A DNA stretch of 62,530 nucleotides from an uncultured Chromatiaceae bacterium (GCA_964471705.1 CAYYHR010000002.1:1-62530), one strand, 5' to 3'. Counted from the first letter of the stretch, positions 21,974 to 34,694 are shown. The notes: generated from the sequence alone by a model not told the origin. Made by a program: numbers and translations.

Positions 21974-22507
21974 TCAGTCGTAGTAGGCCGGCTTATCTTC
22001 GACAATCATCCTTGCGTTGGGATTGGGGAAACGCTCCACGACCCACTTCGGCAGCCTGGCCTGGTTGGCGTGGTAGAGTGCCTCGGACTCCATGATGATG
22101 AGGATCAGGACGGTGACCATAACGGGCAGGAGGCCCACACCGCCGATCAATGCCAATACCGCTTCCTTCATCATGCCGGCGTAGGTGTACCCGATCCATC
22201 CCAGCACAGCGGCCACGAGCAGCAGGATCAGCATCAGGAGCAGCACCGCGCTGCGTCGCGCACAGACCTGCCAGTGGCACATGACGTACCAGGGGTCGCG
22301 ACCGATGGCGCGCCGTGCCCGCCACAGGGTGTACCCGAGCAGCCCGAAAGAGGTGATCGGGATGGTGGCCATGATCCAGGGAAAGGTGCCGGCCATGCCG
22401 CCGGCGCCCGCGGTCATGAGGATGTGGTTGCCGATGAGGTTGGTCAAAAAGATCTCGTGGGGGACGTTGGCCTTCTTGATCTCTACGTTGCTGACTTCGA
22501 AGCGCAT
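21974..22507 (-). CDS. Hypothetical integral membrane protein (about 4 TM)
   Basis: 177-aa ORF with host-like GC3 bias and hydrophobic segments; motifs PHEIFLTNLIGNHIL, VMCHWQ, MESEAL. No family recognised. Confidence 0.75.
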   Translation of the reverse strand: MRFEVSNVEIKKANVPHEIFLTNLIGNHILMTAGAGGMAGTFPWIMATIPITSFGLLGYTLWRARRAIGRDPWYVMCHWQVCARRSAVLLLMLILLLVAAVLGWIGYTYAGMMKEAVLALIGGVGLLPVMVTVLILIIMESEALYHANQARLPKWVVERFPNPNARMIVEDKPAYYD

Positions 22508-22577
22508 GGGGATAAAATGGGTACAGCGAAGGGCGAATAAGCAATCGACGATACACTAATGTCCGCTTGATTTCATC

Positions 22578-22633
22578 ACCCGGGGAGAGCGTGAAAAATC
22601 CCATGCTCGGGATTTTTCGAGGTGGCCCCGGGT
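22578..22633. repeat. Symmetric nested inverted repeat upstream of mipZ
   Basis: ACCCGGGG-N7-GAAAAATCCC-N6-GGGATTTTTC-N7-CCCCGGGT; both arm pairs are perfect reverse complements. Confidence 0.8.
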
Positions 22634-22675
22634 AGTGGGCTCAATAGGTAGAAGAGAGACGATCGGGAGCTGGGT

Positions 22676-23503
22676 GTGCAGGTCATCAAGCCACGGGGCG
22701 TACACATCATCGTACTGGGGAACGAGAAGGGGGGTACGGGTAAATCGACGACAGCGATGCACTTGACCGTGAGCATCCAGAAACGGGGGTTCAGGGTAGG
22801 CGTTCTGGATCTGGATACGCGGCAAAGATCCCTCACCCGCTATCTGGAGAATCGCGAGGCGTTTTTTGTGGGGCATGGATTGGATTTGGGCCTTCCGGAG
22901 CATCTGGTGGCGAGCCCCTCCAGTCTCCCCGATATTCGGGAGCGGGCACAGGAAGATGCCGCGCTGTTGGACTCCTTGGTGGACCGCCTGGAGAAGGACA
23001 ACGATTTCCTGGTCATCGACTGCCCGGGCGGGCACACCCATTTCTCCCAGTTGGCCCACGCCATGGCCAATACGCTGCTCACGCCCATGAACGACAGCTT
23101 CGTGGACCTGGATCTGCTGGCACGGGTCGATCCCGAAACCTATGCGATCGAAAGGCTCAGCCTGTACGCGGAGAGCGTCTGGGACAGCCGCAAGCTGCGC
23201 GGTGCCTCGGGACTACCCGGAACGGATTGGGTGGTGATCCGAAACCGGATCTCCGCGACAAAGTCGAAAAACCGCCAACGCATGGATACGGCGCTCGAGA
23301 GTCTGCAGAAGCGGATCGCGTTTCGTTACATTTCAGGATTGTCCGACCGGGTGATCTATCGCGAGCTCTTTCCGAAGGGCCTGACCCTGGTGGACCTGCA
23401 GGACATCAAAGGAGGTCCGAAGATGAGCATGTCGCATGTGGCGGCCCGTTATGAGCTGCGCAAGCTGCTCGACCAGCTCGACCTGCCGGGCTGGCAGGGC
23501 TGA
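22676..23503 (+). CDS. mipZ: Division plane positioning ATPase MipZ (ParA/MinD superfamily)
   Basis: IIVLGNEKGGTGKST, DLDTRQRSL.RYLENR, IDCPG, TPMNDSFVDLDLL, SLY.E.VW..RK.R, DWVVIRNR, DRVIYRELFPKGLT..DL, SHVAAR.ELR.L are MipZ-specific signatures not found in ParA or MinD. Confidence 0.92.
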   Translation: MQVIKPRGVHIIVLGNEKGGTGKSTTAMHLTVSIQKRGFRVGVLDLDTRQRSLTRYLENREAFFVGHGLDLGLPEHLVASPSSLPDIRERAQEDAALLDSLVDRLEKDNDFLVIDCPGGHTHFSQLAHAMANTLLTPMNDSFVDLDLLARVDPETYAIERLSLYAESVWDSRKLRGASGLPGTDWVVIRNRISATKSKNRQRMDTALESLQKRIAFRYISGLSDRVIYRELFPKGLTLVDLQDIKGGPKMSMSHVAARYELRKLLDQLDLPGWQG

Positions 23504-23579
23504 GCGACGGTACGGGTTGCTTCCTAATGAAGACCGCCTCCCCCATCCCGTCACGCCGCTGAAGTCAGGGGCACGGCCG

Positions 23580-24533
23580 ATGACACAATACAAGGACTAC
23601 TACCGGATCCTGGGGGTGGAGCGTACGGCCACCCAGGACGAGATCAAGCGTGCCTACCGTAAGCTGGCCCGCAAGTATCACCCGGACGTGAGCAAGGAGC
23701 CGGATGCGGAGGAGCGCTTCAAGGAGGTGAACGAGGCCAACGAGGTGCTGAAGGACCCGGAGAAGCGCGCGGCTTACGACCAGCTCGGTGCTCAGTGGAA
23801 AGCGGGACAGGAGTTCCGCCCGCCGCCCGGATGGGACGAGGGCTTCGAGTTTCGCGGCGGCGGGTACACGGGCGCCTCCGCCGAGCAGTTCAGTGACTTC
23901 TTCGATGCCTTGTTCGGGGGTGCTCAGGCGCACCTGGGCGGCGGATTTCGCACCAGCTTCCACATGCAGGGCGAGGATCGCCACGCCCGGGTCCTCATCG
24001 ACCTCGAGGACAGCTATCGGGGGACGACGCGGACCATTACCCTCCGGGTGCCCGAGGTGACCGCCGAGGGTCGTGTTACGACCCGAGAGCAGAGCCTGAA
24101 CGTGCGCATTCCCAAGGGCATCCGGGCCGGGCAACAGATCCGCCTGGCGGGGCAAGGCGGTCAAGGCGTTGGAGGCGGCGCGGCCGGCGATCTCTACCTC
24201 GAGGTGGAGCTGAGGCCGCATCCCCTATACCGGGTCGATGGGGCGGATGTCTACCTGGATCTGCCGGTGGCACCCTGGGAGGCGGCCCTGGGCGCCACGA
24301 TCGAGGCACCGACGCCCACGGGCACGGTGGATCTCAAGATACCGCCGGATTCCCAGTCCGGCCGGAAGCTGAGGCTGAAGGGCAGGGGGCTTCCGGGGAA
24401 GGAGCCTGGTGACTTCTATGTGGTGCTGAAGCTGACGCTGCCATCCGCCCAAAGCGACGAGGCGAAGGCCCTCTATCGGGAGATGAAATCCAAGCTCGGG
24501 TTCGACCCGCGTGCCGGCCTGGGGGTGACCTGA
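23580..24533 (+). CDS. cbpA: Curved DNA-binding DnaJ-class chaperone CbpA
   Basis: YKDYY.ILGV J-domain with HPD, EFRPPPGWD, FSDFFD.LFG, no zinc finger, LPVAPWEAALGA; followed by cbpM. Confidence 0.93.
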   Translation: MTQYKDYYRILGVERTATQDEIKRAYRKLARKYHPDVSKEPDAEERFKEVNEANEVLKDPEKRAAYDQLGAQWKAGQEFRPPPGWDEGFEFRGGGYTGASAEQFSDFFDALFGGAQAHLGGGFRTSFHMQGEDRHARVLIDLEDSYRGTTRTITLRVPEVTAEGRVTTREQSLNVRIPKGIRAGQQIRLAGQGGQGVGGGAAGDLYLEVELRPHPLYRVDGADVYLDLPVAPWEAALGATIEAPTPTGTVDLKIPPDSQSGRKLRLKGRGLPGKEPGDFYVVLKLTLPSAQSDEAKALYREMKSKLGFDPRAGLGVT

Positions 24534-24536
24534 AGA

Positions 24537-24863
24537 ATGAGCGAGCAGATATCCCGGCCCCTCAGCGGGCAGGTCCTAGACGAAGAGACGGAGGTCACGC
24601 TGGTTCAGCTTTGCCGGTCCTGCAATGTGCGGGGGGAGCTGATCGAGGTGATGGTGGAGCAGGGCATCCTGGAGCCCTCGGGACGCCGCGGCCCTCATTG
24701 GTGCTTTCCCCTCTCCAGCCTCAAACGGACCCGCATTACCCTACACCTGCAGCGTGATCTTGGTGTGAACCTGGAAGGCGCGGCCTTGGTGTTGGACCTG
24801 CTCGACCGCATCGAGGATTTGAACGCCCGGTTGCGGGCGGTGGACGCCCGGCTCGGACGCTGA
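24537..24863 (+). CDS. cbpM: Chaperone modulator CbpM (MerR-like)
   Basis: MVEQGILEP, LQRDLGVNLEGAALVLDLLDRIE; directly after cbpA. Confidence 0.92.
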   Translation: MSEQISRPLSGQVLDEETEVTLVQLCRSCNVRGELIEVMVEQGILEPSGRRGPHWCFPLSSLKRTRITLHLQRDLGVNLEGAALVLDLLDRIEDLNARLRAVDARLGR

Positions 24864-24908
24864 TCCGCTGAGGGTGGTCGGCTCACCGCCGGCACGGCGC
24901 ATCCTTTC

Positions 24909-25367
24909 CTAGAGCCGGAGGCCCAAGAGCAGACCCGCCGTGAAGGAAGCGGCATCGGAAAGGTGGCTCGCCATGAAGTCCCTGAGGCCCCCTGCGTAGG
25001 CCGCGAGCCAGGCGAGGAAGCCGTCGTAGTTGGATTCCATTCCGGCCCAGTCGACCTGGATGATGCCCTTGTATTGGAGGCTGAAAAGCAGGATCAGGAT
25101 CAAGCCTCCGACCACCAGTGCGATCTTGAAGGCGACCTTGAGCGCATAGCCGGCGGCCAGACCCACGATGAAGGAAAATCCGAGTCTGAGAAAGAAACCG
25201 GAAGAAAACAGATCGGCCTCTTGCGAGGGCGGCTGCGCCGCCGGGGCTGCTTGTTGTGCCGAGACCGCTCGGGAAAGGACGGCAGCAAGCCCGGACGACA
25301 ACATCCGCAGTCGCTGAAATGGTCCATGCCGATGGGCGAGTCGACTTCCGTGTGCGTCCCGTCTCAT
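24909..25367 (-). CDS. FUN14 family membrane protein
   Basis: LGFSFIVGLAAGYALK...VVGG..ILLF.LQY.GII.VDW...F.AGLLLGL pattern. The ATG overlaps the lpdA stop, but the true start may be further downstream. Confidence 0.72.
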   Translation of the reverse strand: MRRDAHGSRLAHRHGPFQRLRMLSSGLAAVLSRAVSAQQAAPAAQPPSQEADLFSSGFFLRLGFSFIVGLAAGYALKVAFKIALVVGGLILILLFSLQYKGIIQVDWAGMESNYDGFLAWLAAYAGGLRDFMASHLSDAASFTAGLLLGLRL

Positions 25368-26821
25368 CGCTTCCTCGGTGGCATCAGGTCCGTGATGGAG
25401 CCATCCGCCATCTCCGCGGCAAAGGCGATGGTCTCGCTCAGGGTGGGGTGGGGATGGATGCTGAGGGCGATGTCCTCCCAGTCGGCCCCCATCTCCAGGG
25501 CCACCACCGTCTCGGCAATCAGCTCGCCGGCATTGGGGCCGACAATGCCGGCGCCTAGTATCCGCCGGTTATCCGGATCGAACAGCAGCTTCGTCAGCCC
25601 TTCTTCGCGACCGATGCCCAGCGCGCGGCCACTGGCCGCCCAGGGGAAGATGCCTTTTTCGTAGGGGATTCCCTCGGCCTTCGCCTGAGCTTCCGTCAGC
25701 CCCATCCAGGCGATCTCCGGGTCCGTGTAGGCCACCGAGGGGATAGCCAGGGGATCGAACAGGGCGGGTAGCCCGGCGATGACCTCGGCGGCGACCTTGG
25801 CTTCATGGGTCGCCTTGTGAGCCAGCATGGGGTTGCCCACCACATCGCCGATGGCAAAGATGTTGGGGACATTGGTCCGCATGTGGGCATCCACCGGGAT
25901 GAAGCCGCGCTCGTCCACCTTCACCCCGGCCTTCTCCGCGTCGATCAGCTTGCCGTTCGGGCGACGGCCCACCGCAACCAGGATGCGGTCGTAGGTCCGT
26001 GACTGCGGGGCTTTGTCTCCCTCGAAGCTGACTCGAATGCCCTCGGACAGCGCGCTCATGCCGGTTACTCGAGTGCCGAGCATGATGTTCTCGTAGCGCT
26101 TCTTGACGACCTTTTCGAGGGGACGTACCAGGTCCTTGTCGCAGCCTGGAACGAGTTGGCTCATCAGCTCGACGACGTCGATCCGCGCCCCCAGGGCATG
26201 GTAGACGCTGGCCATCTCCAGCCCGATGATGCCACCGCCGACAATGAGCATGCTCCCGGGGATGTCGGGCAGAGCCAGGGCGTCGGTGGAGCCCATGACC
26301 CGCGGATCCTCGTGCGGGAAGTCTGGGATCTCCACGGCGCTGGATCCGCAGGCGATGACCGCATGGTCGAACCGGATGGAGACCGGTCCCTCCGGAGAAT
26401 CGACGCCGATGCGGTTCGGCGCCTCGAAGCGGCCGATGCCTCGTACCACTTGGACTTTGCGTTGTTTCGCCAGGGTTTCCAAACCGCCGGTAAGTCGTTT
26501 GACCACCTTGTCCTTGCCGGCACGCAGCTTGTCCAGGTCGATCTCCGGCTCGCCGAAGCGCACACCCATTTCGGCGATCTCCGCAGCCTCGGTGATGACG
26601 CGGGCGGTGTGGAGCAGGGCCTTGGAAGGAATGCAGCCCACATTTAGGCAGACACCGCCCAACTGGTCATGGCGTTCGATGAGGATCACCTTCTTACCCA
26701 GGTCAGCCGCTCGGAACGCGGCGGTGTATCCGCCCGGTCCGGCGCCCAGCACAGCTACATCTGCCATGATCTCGGAAGCTGGGCCCGAGTCGGTCCGACC
26801 CATGTCCTGGTTGTTGTTCAT
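25364..26821 (-). CDS. lpdA: Dihydrolipoamide dehydrogenase (E3)
   Basis: GAGPGGY, GGVCLNVGCIPSK redox disulfide, GGGIIGLE, PMLAHKA, HPHPTLSE. Confidence 0.97.
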   Translation of the reverse strand: MNNNQDMGRTDSGPASEIMADVAVLGAGPGGYTAAFRAADLGKKVILIERHDQLGGVCLNVGCIPSKALLHTARVITEAAEIAEMGVRFGEPEIDLDKLRAGKDKVVKRLTGGLETLAKQRKVQVVRGIGRFEAPNRIGVDSPEGPVSIRFDHAVIACGSSAVEIPDFPHEDPRVMGSTDALALPDIPGSMLIVGGGIIGLEMASVYHALGARIDVVELMSQLVPGCDKDLVRPLEKVVKKRYENIMLGTRVTGMSALSEGIRVSFEGDKAPQSRTYDRILVAVGRRPNGKLIDAEKAGVKVDERGFIPVDAHMRTNVPNIFAIGDVVGNPMLAHKATHEAKVAAEVIAGLPALFDPLAIPSVAYTDPEIAWMGLTEAQAKAEGIPYEKGIFPWAASGRALGIGREEGLTKLLFDPDNRRILGAGIVGPNAGELIAETVVALEMGADWEDIALSIHPHPTLSETIAFAAEMADGSITDLMPPRKR

Positions 26822-26860
26822 AGCGATTCTCTCGTCTCCTGTGACGACCCCTCGTCAGGA

Positions 26861-26884
26861 GCCAATTCTACGGGCCAATTCTAC
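26861..26884. repeat. Direct repeat GCCAATTCTAC x2 (13-nt period) upstream of lpdA
   Basis: GCCAATTCTACGG GCCAATTCTAC; each copy reads TAGAAT (-10-like) on the minus strand. Confidence 0.7.
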
Positions 26885-27071
26885 ACAGGAGAACCAGCTA
26901 AAGTAGTGCCGGTATGGTCTCCTGGCTCGGATGCCGGCTTGCGATGGACGGCAATGTCGCAAGACAATTCTGCCGATGCTTCTGGGAATCCGGTGGCATC
27001 CTTTCCCTTGGTCCTTTTTCCGAACGGCAGCTGAGATGGTCGATTGCCCCGAGCAGAGTGAGCGAGAATCG

Positions 27072-27845
27072 ATGTCCCACCTCGACAGCTGGTATCTCTC
27101 CACGCTGGGCAAGGAGCTGGCAGACCTGGAGGAGAAGTGCCTGGAGCGCATGCTGCGTGATACCTTCGGCTATTATCTGCTTCAGGTCGGAGGAGCCTCC
27201 TGCCTGGCGGAAACCGTCCGGATGAGCCGAATCCGTCAGCGCATCTACCTCCCTGCGAGGATTGTTCATGAAAGTCTGGGTTGTCAGGTGGTCGGCACCC
27301 CGGATCGGCTGCCCATCGCCGCCGACAGTGTGGATGTCGTGGTACTCCCCCACACGCTGGAATTTGCGCACGATGCCCGCCAGGTGCTGCGGGAGGCGGA
27401 GCGGGTGCTGATCGCCGAAGGCCGGTTGGTCGTGATCGGCTTCAACGCACTGAGCATGTGGGGTGCCTGGCGTCTCGTTCGGAGGGGGCGAGGGCGGGTG
27501 CCTTGGTGCGGCAGGTTTCTGACGCCCTTTCGTGTCTGTGATTGGCTGTCATTGCTGGGCTTCGATATCGAGATGCGGGAAATGATGATGTTCCGTCCCC
27601 CTTGGCGCCGTGCGCTCTTGCAGCAACTTTCGTTTCTGGACACCCTGGGACCTCGACTCTGGCCTGCTCTCGGTGGGATCTTTGCGATTCGGGCGGTAAA
27701 ACGCGTGTCGACGCTCACCCCCGTGCGTCCACGTTGGAGAAAGCGTCCTCCGGTGCTTGCCGGCGGTGCCGTCGAGCCGACTGCCCGGAGGAGCGCCGCC
27801 GAGGGCACAGGATTCAGCCGATCGGCGGGGCGAGAGCATGTCTGA
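27072..27845 (+). CDS. SAM-dependent methyltransferase (YafS-like)
   Basis: [38 protein letters not shown]...[15 protein letters not shown]; upstream of rnhA-dnaQ. Start could be 27036. Confidence 0.88.
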   Translation: MSHLDSWYLSTLGKELADLEEKCLERMLRDTFGYYLLQVGGASCLAETVRMSRIRQRIYLPARIVHESLGCQVVGTPDRLPIAADSVDVVVLPHTLEFAHDARQVLREAERVLIAEGRLVVIGFNALSMWGAWRLVRRGRGRVPWCGRFLTPFRVCDWLSLLGFDIEMREMMMFRPPWRRALLQQLSFLDTLGPRLWPALGGIFAIRAVKRVSTLTPVRPRWRKRPPVLAGGAVEPTARRSAAEGTGFSRSAGREHV

Positions 27846-28269
27846 ATGGGTGGAGATCTTCAGTGACGGCGCCTGTAAGGGAAACCCGGGTCCCGGCGGC
27901 TGGGGGGCGCTGTTGCGCTACGGCACGACCGAAAAAGAGCTCTGGGGTGGAGAGCCTGATACCACGAACAACCGTATGGAGCTGACGGCTGTGATCCGGG
28001 CCTTGGAATCCATCAGACGCTCCTGCAAGGTGCGCATCACCACGGATTCCCAGTACGTGAAGCAGGGCGTCACGGCCTGGATGAGCCGTTGGAAGCGCAA
28101 CGGTTGGCGAACAGCGGACCGAAAGGCCGTCAAGAACCGGGACCTGTGGGAGCACTTGGATGCCTTGCTGTCAGGTCATGAGGTCGAGTGGCGCTGGGTG
28201 CGGGGTCACACCGGGCACCCCGAGAACGAGCGGGCCGACCGTTTGGCCAATCGCGGGATTCCCGGTTGA
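27838..28269 (+). CDS. rnhA: Ribonuclease HI
   Basis: [51 protein letters not shown]. Confidence 0.98.
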   Translation: MSEWVEIFSDGACKGNPGPGGWGALLRYGTTEKELWGGEPDTTNNRMELTAVIRALESIRRSCKVRITTDSQYVKQGVTAWMSRWKRNGWRTADRKAVKNRDLWEHLDALLSGHEVEWRWVRGHTGHPENERADRLANRGIPG

Positions 28270-28306
28270 CGAGCGAATCCTCCATCGACGAAGGGCTCGG
28301 AAGGCA

Positions 28307-29026
28307 ATGAGACAGATCGTACTGGATACGGAAACCACCGGCCTGGAGCCGACAGCGGGTCACCGGATCATCGAGATCGGCTGCGTGGAGCTCGTCGACC
28401 GGCGCCTGACTCGAAACAACTTCCATCAGTATTTGCGTCCGGATCGGGAGATCGACCGGGGCGCGGTCGATGTCCACGGCATCACGGACGAATTCCTACG
28501 AGACAAGCCGCGCTTTGCCGATATCGCCGGAGATTTCCTGGACTATGTGCGGGATTCCGAGCTGATTATCCATAATGCTCCCTTCGATGTGGGCTTTCTG
28601 GACTGCGAGCTCGCTCTGTGGAGAGAGGATGCACAGCCCATAGAAGGTATCTGCCGGGTCACGGACACCTTGGTCATGGCAAGGGCCCTCCATCCCGGGC
28701 AGCGCAACAGTCTCGATGCCCTCTGCAAGCGCTACGGGGTGGACAACTCGCGCAGGGATCTGCACGGGGCACTGCTGGATGCAGAGATCTTGGCCGACGT
28801 CTACCTCGCCATGACCGGCGGCCAGGGGAGCCTGTCCCTGGGTCCTCGGGAGACCCCCGGGAGCAATGAGGCTCATTCGGGGGTACGCCGGATCTCGGCT
28901 TGGCATGCGCCCCTGCGAGTGGTGCTTGCGCATGACGAGGAACTCGCCGCCCACCGTGAGCGGCTCGCCGCGATCGACGAGGCGAGTGAGGGGGGGTGCC
29001 TGTGGCTCGAGACCTGGACCGGATGA
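28307..29026 (+). CDS. dnaQ: DNA polymerase III subunit epsilon
   Basis: MRQIVLDTETTG, HNAPFDVGF, SLDALC.RY, LHGALLDAEIL..VYL.MTGGQ. Confidence 0.98.
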   Translation: MRQIVLDTETTGLEPTAGHRIIEIGCVELVDRRLTRNNFHQYLRPDREIDRGAVDVHGITDEFLRDKPRFADIAGDFLDYVRDSELIIHNAPFDVGFLDCELALWREDAQPIEGICRVTDTLVMARALHPGQRNSLDALCKRYGVDNSRRDLHGALLDAEILADVYLAMTGGQGSLSLGPRETPGSNEAHSGVRRISAWHAPLRVVLAHDEELAAHRERLAAIDEASEGGCLWLETWTG

Positions 29027-29072
29027 CCGACGTGGAAAACTGTGGAAAAACCCCTTTCCGATAGGAGGCGTT

Positions 29073-29831
29073 TCAGGTAAATCTCTGCCTATCCCTGTAT
29101 GCGGGTGCATGGGCGACGATCGCCTCCATCGCTTCCAGGTCGAGGAGCTCCACGTGCTTGCGATCGACCTTCAGCAGCCCCTCGTCCTGAAACCTGGTGA
29201 ATAATCGGCTGATCGTCTCGACGGCCAATCCAAGGTAATTGCCGATCTCGTGGCGGGACATGCTCAGATAGAAATCGGTGGGACAGAGCCCACGCTTGCG
29301 CAGACGCTTCGATATGCTCAGGAGAAATACGGCGAGGCGCTCGTCGGCGCTCTTTTTGCCGAGTAGAAGGAGCATCTCGGTATCCTGACCGATTTCCTTG
29401 CTGAGCAATCGGTACAGCTGATGCTGCAGGGAGGGGATGCTGGCACTCAGCTCCTCCAGCCGGGCGAAGGGAATCTCGCAGATCGCCGAGGTCTCCAGGA
29501 CCTTCGCAGTGCAGGCGTGCACTTCCTTGTCGATCGCATCGAGGCCGATGATCTCTCCGGGAAGGTGGAACCCCAGGACCTGCTCAGCGCCTTCTACGCT
29601 CGGGGCATAAGTCTTGACGGATCCTGTCTTGACGACGTAGAGAGAGCGGAAGCGCTCCCCGTTCTGAAAGAGAAAGTCACCCCGGTGCAGAGGGCGGGCA
29701 CGCTTGACGATGTCGTCCAGGCGTTCAACGTCCTGGGACTCGAGGCCCAAGGGAAGACAGAGCGTGCCGAGGGAGCAATTCCGGCAGGCGACCCGTATCG
29801 TTTCGATCGAAATGACCTCGGTCGCAGTCAA
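29073..29831 (-). CDS. fnr: Oxygen-sensing transcriptional regulator Fnr/Anr
   Basis: CRNCSLGTLCLP N-terminal Fe-S Cys cluster, GFHLPGE, CEIPF, HTH IGNYLGLAVETISR; TTG start after GAGGG RBS inferred. Confidence 0.95.
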   Translation of the reverse strand: MTATEVISIETIRVACRNCSLGTLCLPLGLESQDVERLDDIVKRARPLHRGDFLFQNGERFRSLYVVKTGSVKTYAPSVEGAEQVLGFHLPGEIIGLDAIDKEVHACTAKVLETSAICEIPFARLEELSASIPSLQHQLYRLLSKEIGQDTEMLLLLGKKSADERLAVFLLSISKRLRKRGLCPTDFYLSMSRHEIGNYLGLAVETISRLFTRFQDEGLLKVDRKHVELLDLEAMEAIVAHAPAYRDRQRFT

Positions 29832-29859
29832 ACCTGTACCCTCGCTGAAACCTCCGGCT

Positions 29860-29888
29860 ATTCTGCAGGCTCGCTTGATCTGGATCAA
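29860..29888 (-). promoter_or_regulatory. fnr promoter with a perfect FNR box overlapping the -35
   Basis: TTGAT-CTGG-ATCAA at 29875-29888; minus strand TTGATC-N17-CAGAAT. Confidence 0.8.
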
Positions 29889-30084
29889 GCAGAGGCGTGC
29901 CTGGGGCTTTACAGGGCGGATTCGGTTTCTGATTCCGGGGCCCACCGAGCGGGCGACTTGCCGGCCCTCGGGAAGGGCGTGCAGGTGGGCTCACACCCTG
30001 CGCAATGGCGTGGGAGGGAAACGCAGTCGCGGAAGTTCAGGTGCGATCGCAGTAGGCGTACGATTTTTTCACGGGCTCTCAGGC

Positions 30085-30114
30085 AAAAAAAAGCCGCGCC
30101 AAAGGGCGCGGCTT
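30085..30114 (-). terminator. Intrinsic terminator of the sulfur globule gene
   Basis: Minus strand AAGCCGCGCC-CTTT-GGCGCGGC followed by 8 T, 25 nt after the stop. Confidence 0.9.
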
Positions 30115-30139
30115 CTCGGCAAGCGCAGGAAGCGCTCGT

Positions 30140-30520
30140 CTACTTGGACTCGCCGGCGGCGGGGGCAGCCGGTGCTGCAGGTGCAGCATAGGGGGCGCCG
30201 TAAGGCATGCCGTAACCGCCCATACCCGGGTAACCGCCATATCCACCCCAAGGGCCGCCGTAACCGTAGGGGCCGTAGCCGTAATAGTCACGGTAGCGAT
30301 TGTAGCCGCGACCCCAACCACGTCCCCCACCGGACATGCTCATGTTGAAGTCGCCCGAGCCATCGCCCATCATGTCGTTCCACCAATCATTACCGCCGTT
30401 GCCCCAACCGGGACCACCGCCCCAAGGGCCACCGCCCCACCAAGCCTGGGCGGAGCTCATGGAAAAAGCGGCGGCGCCCGCGATAGCGGCAACGCCCAGG
30501 ACCTTGGAAAGCTTCTGCAT
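30140..30520 (-). CDS. sgpA: Sulfur globule envelope protein, SgpA/SgpB (CV1/CV2) type
   Basis: Signal peptide ending AQA/W, WWGG.., [22 protein letters not shown] core, Gly/Tyr/Pro repeats (YGAPY), Ala/Pro tail; AGGAG RBS. SgpA versus SgpB is not certain. Confidence 0.88.
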   Translation of the reverse strand: MQKLSKVLGVAAIAGAAAFSMSSAQAWWGGGPWGGGPGWGNGGNDWWNDMMGDGSGDFNMSMSGGGRGWGRGYNRYRDYYGYGPYGYGGPWGGYGGYPGMGGYGMPYGAPYAAPAAPAAPAAGESK

Positions 30521-30643
30521 AATTTGTCGCTCCTGATCGAGAGATGAGTGTCTCTCCGTGGAGGCCGCCACCCTGGGTTCGTTGACGAACGGATTCAGCG
30601 GCATTGTCGAGAGAAAAATTCCGCGTCATAAAAACGCCAGGCG

Positions 30644-30672
30644 AGTATACGGGAGCCGGTGTCAAATGTGAA
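30644..30672 (-). promoter_or_regulatory. Candidate sigma70 promoter for the sgp gene
   Basis: Minus strand TTCACA-N17-TATACT, about 125 nt upstream of the ATG. Confidence 0.5.
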
Positions 30673-30759
30673 GATATCGCTGATCCCTTAGCATCTCAAG
30701 GCTCATGGACAGATGCGAACGAAGGCCACGGAATTGAGGCACCTCAGGGAATTTGGTAG

Positions 30760-34654
<3,895 letters not shown>

Positions 34655-34668
34655 TCTGCTCGCAGTGT

Positions 34669-34694
34669 TGACCTGACCTCATGACCTGACCTCA
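34669..34694. repeat. Perfect 13-bp tandem duplication abutting the ftsB start
   Basis: TGACCTGACCTCA TGACCTGACCTCA; the last A is the A of the ftsB ATG. Confidence 0.85.

Noticed and set aside
22567-22580. FNR-like TTGAT...ATCAC upstream of mipZ
   Set aside because: Spacer is 3 nt rather than 4 and the right half-site is imperfect.
23515-23547. Sigma32-like CCCCAT upstream of cbpA
   Set aside because: No CTTGAA-like -35 at the proper spacing.
29031-29049. Two DnaA-box-like 9-mers (CGTGGAAAA, TGTGGAAAA) between dnaQ and fnr
   Set aside because: One to two mismatches each, in a 46-bp convergent gap with no AT-rich unwinding element or origin-linked genes; not oriC.
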